This document shows positions 39,414 to 42,166 of a stretch of DNA of 42,166 nucleotides, one piece after another. The stretch lies in the IMG/VR virus record IMGVR_UViG_3300045988_017219, one strand, 5' to 3'. The translations under genes were made by a program, and so were the position numbers. The notes under the pieces are model-generated. The model did not search any database. It was not told the DNA's origin and saw nothing but the letters and a program-made list of their open reading frames with translations. Source of the DNA: a virus. The number at the start of each line of letters is the position of its first letter. Positions within the stretch are counted from its first letter, which is position 1.

Positions 39414-40334
39414 ATGCAAGAAGAATTGACCGTCCGGGTGGAGCACCCGGAACTGCCCGCGATCCGGTGGAATGAAGCTGAGGTGCAGCAGAACCTGACC
39501 GAGATGCTGGCCGCCTACACCGGCCGGGTGTACACCTCGGAATCCATCAAGGACGCCAAGGCCGACCGGGCCGCCGTCAACAAGTGGGACAAGCAGCTGG
39601 GCGACGCTCTGCGGGCCGCGAAGAAGCTCTATACCGACCCACTGGAAGTCTTTGGCCAGCGCATCAAGGCCATGCAGGCCCAGTGCAAGCAGGTGTCCGA
39701 GGCCATTGACCAGCAGGTCAAGGCCGTGGAGCAGGCCGAGCGGGAGGAAAAAGCGTCCTCCCTGCGGCTGGTCTACCGGGACTGCATCGGGGAGCTGGAA
39801 CCGCTGATCTCTTTTGACCGCCTGCTGGTGCCCCAGTGGCTGAACAAGACCTTTGACCTTGCCAGAGCGTCCAAGGAGCTGCGCCTGGCGGTGGAGACCC
39901 GGTGGGAAGAACTGCGCCTGATCCGGGACACCTGCGGCGAGGACGCCGAAGCCTGCACCACCGAATACCTGCGGGCCTTCAGCGTCAATGACGCCCTCCA
40001 CGAGCATCAGCGCCGACAGGATGCCCGTGCCGCACAGGCTGAGGCCGAAGCCAGGAGGCAGGCCGCAGAGCGGGCAAAAGCCGCCGCACCGGTCGCCGTC
40101 CCTCCCTCGGAAGAGGAACGGCAGGTGCGGGAGGAAGCCCGGCAGGCCGCACAGAGCAACGCCTTTGTCACGGCTTCCGGCCGACTGGATTGTGAGGTGC
40201 TGCAGCAGTTCGCACAGCCCGCCGCACCGGCCCGCAAACGGTACAAGTTCTGGGTGGAGTTCACCCCGGAGGACATCGCATGGTTCAAGCAGGGAGCCGC
40301 AGAGCGCGGCTTCCGGTATGGTTCTGTTAAGTAA
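39414..40334 (+). CDS. DUF1351-family protein (RecT-associated)
   Basis: The N-terminal pattern IRWNEAEVQQNLTEMLAAYTGRVYTSESIKDAKADRAAVNKWDKQL is typical of DUF1351. It lies directly before recT. Confidence 0.7.
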   Translation: MQEELTVRVEHPELPAIRWNEAEVQQNLTEMLAAYTGRVYTSESIKDAKADRAAVNKWDKQLGDALRAAKKLYTDPLEVFGQRIKAMQAQCKQVSEAIDQQVKAVEQAEREEKASSLRLVYRDCIGELEPLISFDRLLVPQWLNKTFDLARASKELRLAVETRWEELRLIRDTCGEDAEACTTEYLRAFSVNDALHEHQRRQDARAAQAEAEARRQAAERAKAAAPVAVPPSEEERQVREEARQAAQSNAFVTASGRLDCEVLQQFAQPAAPARKRYKFWVEFTPEDIAWFKQGAAERGFRYGSVK

Positions 40335-40351
40335 TGCAGGAGGTAATTTAT

Positions 40352-41203
40352 ATGGCATTCACTCGCAACGGCGCATCTGCGCCCACCACGTCCGCACCCG
40401 CTTCTGCCCCGGTCCAGGGCACCGCATCCCGCATGGCTGCCATGCAGCAGCGCGCGACCCAGAGCACGGCCCTGCAGGCCGCTTCCCCGTCCGTGCCGGT
40501 GGAGATCACCGCCGCAGATGGCCAGCATTTCACGGTTAGCTTTGCCGACGTGCGCAACTTCATCTGCGCCAAGGCCACCGACGCCGAGTGCAAGATCTTT
40601 CTGGAGACCTGCAAGCAGTACCGGCTGAACCCCTTCACCAAGGAGGCCTATCTGATCCACTACGACAACAACAGCGAGGACACCCCCAGCACCATCGTCC
40701 TGGGCAAGAACTGTTACATGCAGATGGCCGAACGGCACCCGGCCTTTGACGGCTTTGAGGCCGGCATCATCGTGCTGGACACGGAAGCCGGGCAGCTGGA
40801 CCACCGGGAGGGTTCCATCGTCTATGATGGCGAGGAGCTTCTGGGCGGCTGGGCCAAGGTCTACCGGAAAGACCGCACCCGCCCCAGTTACGAGGAGGTG
40901 AAGCTGGCCGAGTACGACACCGGCAAATCCCTCTGGAAGGGCAAGAAGGCCACCATGATCCGTAAGGTGGCCCTGGTGCATGCTCTGCGGGAGGCATTTC
41001 CGTCCACCTTCGGCACCCTGTACGATGAGAGTGAAGTGCCCGTCCGGGTGGATGCCGAGGGCACGGCACGGGAGCTGGATGACGCGGCCCCTTCTCCCCG
41101 CTGGACCCGCATCCGGGACACCGCTGCCCAGGCGGACGCCCTGGACGTGGAGGATGCCGACGAACCCGCTGACGACCCCTTTGCCGGAGGTGAGGACGCA
41201 TGA
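40352..41203 (+). CDS. recT: RecT-family single-strand annealing recombinase
   Basis: RBS GCAGGAGG. Core text is FLETCKQYRLNPFTKEAYLI...MIRKVALVHALREAFPSTFG. Confidence 0.85.
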   Translation: MAFTRNGASAPTTSAPASAPVQGTASRMAAMQQRATQSTALQAASPSVPVEITAADGQHFTVSFADVRNFICAKATDAECKIFLETCKQYRLNPFTKEAYLIHYDNNSEDTPSTIVLGKNCYMQMAERHPAFDGFEAGIIVLDTEAGQLDHREGSIVYDGEELLGGWAKVYRKDRTRPSYEEVKLAEYDTGKSLWKGKKATMIRKVALVHALREAFPSTFGTLYDESEVPVRVDAEGTARELDDAAPSPRWTRIRDTAAQADALDVEDADEPADDPFAGGEDA

Positions 41204-41730
41204 TCATCAAGACGAGCACCGGGGTGCTACTCCATGGCACCCTCGCCAAGGATCCGGAGATCCGGAATGTCGGCCAGAAACAGGTGCTCAAGTTTGACAT
41301 CAAGGCCAACAGCGTGAAGAACGCCGCCGGGAACTGGGAGGGCCTGTATGTGCAGGTAAACGTCTGGCACGGGCTGGAGCAGTGGGACGGGATGCTGCAG
41401 AAGGGCGACTATGTCACGGTCTATGCGCTGGAGTTGAAGAGCCGCGAATACAACGGCAAGACCTATTACAACGTGGACGCTGATGACATCCAGCCCGGCG
41501 GGCTGGTGACATTCCGCTGGCTGCAGCAGATGATCGACCTGATGGCACAGCCCGGCCCTCCGCCGGAACCTGCAGAACCGACAGCAGAACCGGAAGGCCT
41601 GCAGGGCGCGCAGATGTACCCCAGTGAAACGCTTGCGGATTACGCACCGCACAGCACTGCCGCGCCTGAACCGGCTCCATCTACCGAGTATGACCCCATC
41701 AACGATGACGCGGATGATCTACCATTCTGA
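41200..41730 (+). CDS. ssb: Single-stranded DNA-binding protein
   Basis: An OB-fold-like N-terminus, a Pro/Glu-rich linker, and the acidic C-terminal tip DDADDLPF. Confidence 0.85.
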   Translation: MIIKTSTGVLLHGTLAKDPEIRNVGQKQVLKFDIKANSVKNAAGNWEGLYVQVNVWHGLEQWDGMLQKGDYVTVYALELKSREYNGKTYYNVDADDIQPGGLVTFRWLQQMIDLMAQPGPPPEPAEPTAEPEGLQGAQMYPSETLADYAPHSTAAPEPAPSTEYDPINDDADDLPF

Positions 41731-41781
41731 TCTTGTAAGCTGTGCTATCCGGCTATACGGGCGTGCAAAGGAGGTGAGCAA

Positions 41782-42166
41782 GTGGCAAAAGAAGAAAAGA
41801 AGTCGTTTGTGGTGTATCTAGACTGGTTTGATGCGCTGGAGGAGTACACGGATGCCGAAGTCGGACAGCTGATGCGAGCTTTGGCGAAACACGTCCGCAC
41901 TGGTGAAAATCCAACGTTTTCTGACCGTGGAATGCGTGGGAACTTCCGTTTTATGTGCAATGGAGTGGATTCGGCTACGGAAAAGTACGAGAGCGTCAAG
42001 CAAAAGCGCCGTGAAGCCGGAAAAGCCCGTGCAGCTCAAATGCAAGCAAACTCAGCACATGCTAGCACATGCTACCAAGTGCAAGCAAGTGGTAGCTATA
42101 ATGATACTGTTACTGGAACTGTTAATGGAACTGGAACTGTTAATGGAACTGGAACTGTTAATGGAA
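41782..42166 (+). CDS. DnaD-like replication organiser, N-terminal part (continues at nt 1)
   Basis: RBS AAGGAGG lies 7 nt before the GTG at 41782. The frame is open to the window end and in phase with the ORF at 1..444. The N-terminus FVVYLDWFDALEEYTDAEVGQLMRALAKH resembles the phage replisome-organiser N-domain. Confidence 0.7.
   Translation, partial: MAKEEKKSFVVYLDWFDALEEYTDAEVGQLMRALAKHVRTGENPTFSDRGMRGNFRFMCNGVDSATEKYESVKQKRREAGKARAAQMQANSAHASTCYQVQASGSYNDTVTGTVNGTGTVNGTGTVNG
42106..42166 (+). repeat. 18-bp tandem repeat (variant unit + 2 units + 7 nt); 42124-42166 duplicates nt 1-43
   Basis: Read directly. Confidence 0.95.

Larger units (their letters stand above)
1..42166. mobile_element. 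Complete temperate siphovirus-like phage genome, circularly closed assembly (attP form, no host flanks)
   Basis: All phage modules occur once in the window. The terminal 43 nt are identical at both ends and one ORF is continuous across the junction. An integrase sits next to a tRNA 3' fragment. Confidence 0.85.

Overview
The window reads as one complete temperate siphovirus-type phage genome of about 42 kb. It is GC-rich with Firmicute-style Shine-Dalgarno sites, so the host is probably a Clostridia-like bacterium (inference). The assembly is a closed circle: nt 42124-42166 repeat nt 1-43, and a DnaD-like replication ORF runs in phase across the junction. No host flanks are present, and a tRNA-Thr 3' fragment next to the integrase looks like attP.

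Gene order on the + strand unless noted:
- Replication and recombination: DUF1351, RecT, SSB, a DnaD-like organiser, a G39P-like loader, a PAPS-reductase-like protein, a Lar-like Zn-ribbon protein, RusA, DUF551, and a sigma/ArpU-like late regulator.
- A noncoding RNA island of about 700 nt (3903-4610) with tRNA-Trp(CCA).
- Packaging and head: terS, terL, portal, and a MuF-like protein.
- An inserted immunity-type cassette: an XRE gene divergent from a 31-aa peptide, a 96-aa protein and a BRO-N/ANT antirepressor.
- Head and tail: a gp10-like protein, tRNA-Thr(UGU), scaffold, major capsid, connectors, major tail, a G/GT chaperone with a -1 slippery site, tape measure, Dit and Tal.
- Fibre-1 plus XkdX, a GH25 endolysin with holin genes, then collagen-like fibre-2 plus an XkdX-like gene.
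- A second sigma-like regulator, an orphan promoter-terminator unit (candidate sRNA), and an inverted paralog of the antirepressor cassette opposite an RHH gene.
- A seven-gene accessory operon of unusual low-complexity, Cys-rich and jelly-roll-like proteins.
- attP, a tyrosine integrase and an XRE protein (- strand).
- Lysogeny control: a Zn-ribbon/SHOCT membrane protein, a CI-like and a Cro-like gene, and small early genes.

Product calls rest on remembered family motifs and gene order, not on database searches. Start codons were chosen by RBS and overlap logic and may be off. The most interesting items are the accessory operon (27959-31159), the duplicated inverted antirepressor cassettes with a conserved 31-aa peptide, the RNA island with non-canonical tRNA-like elements, and the orphan sRNA-like unit.
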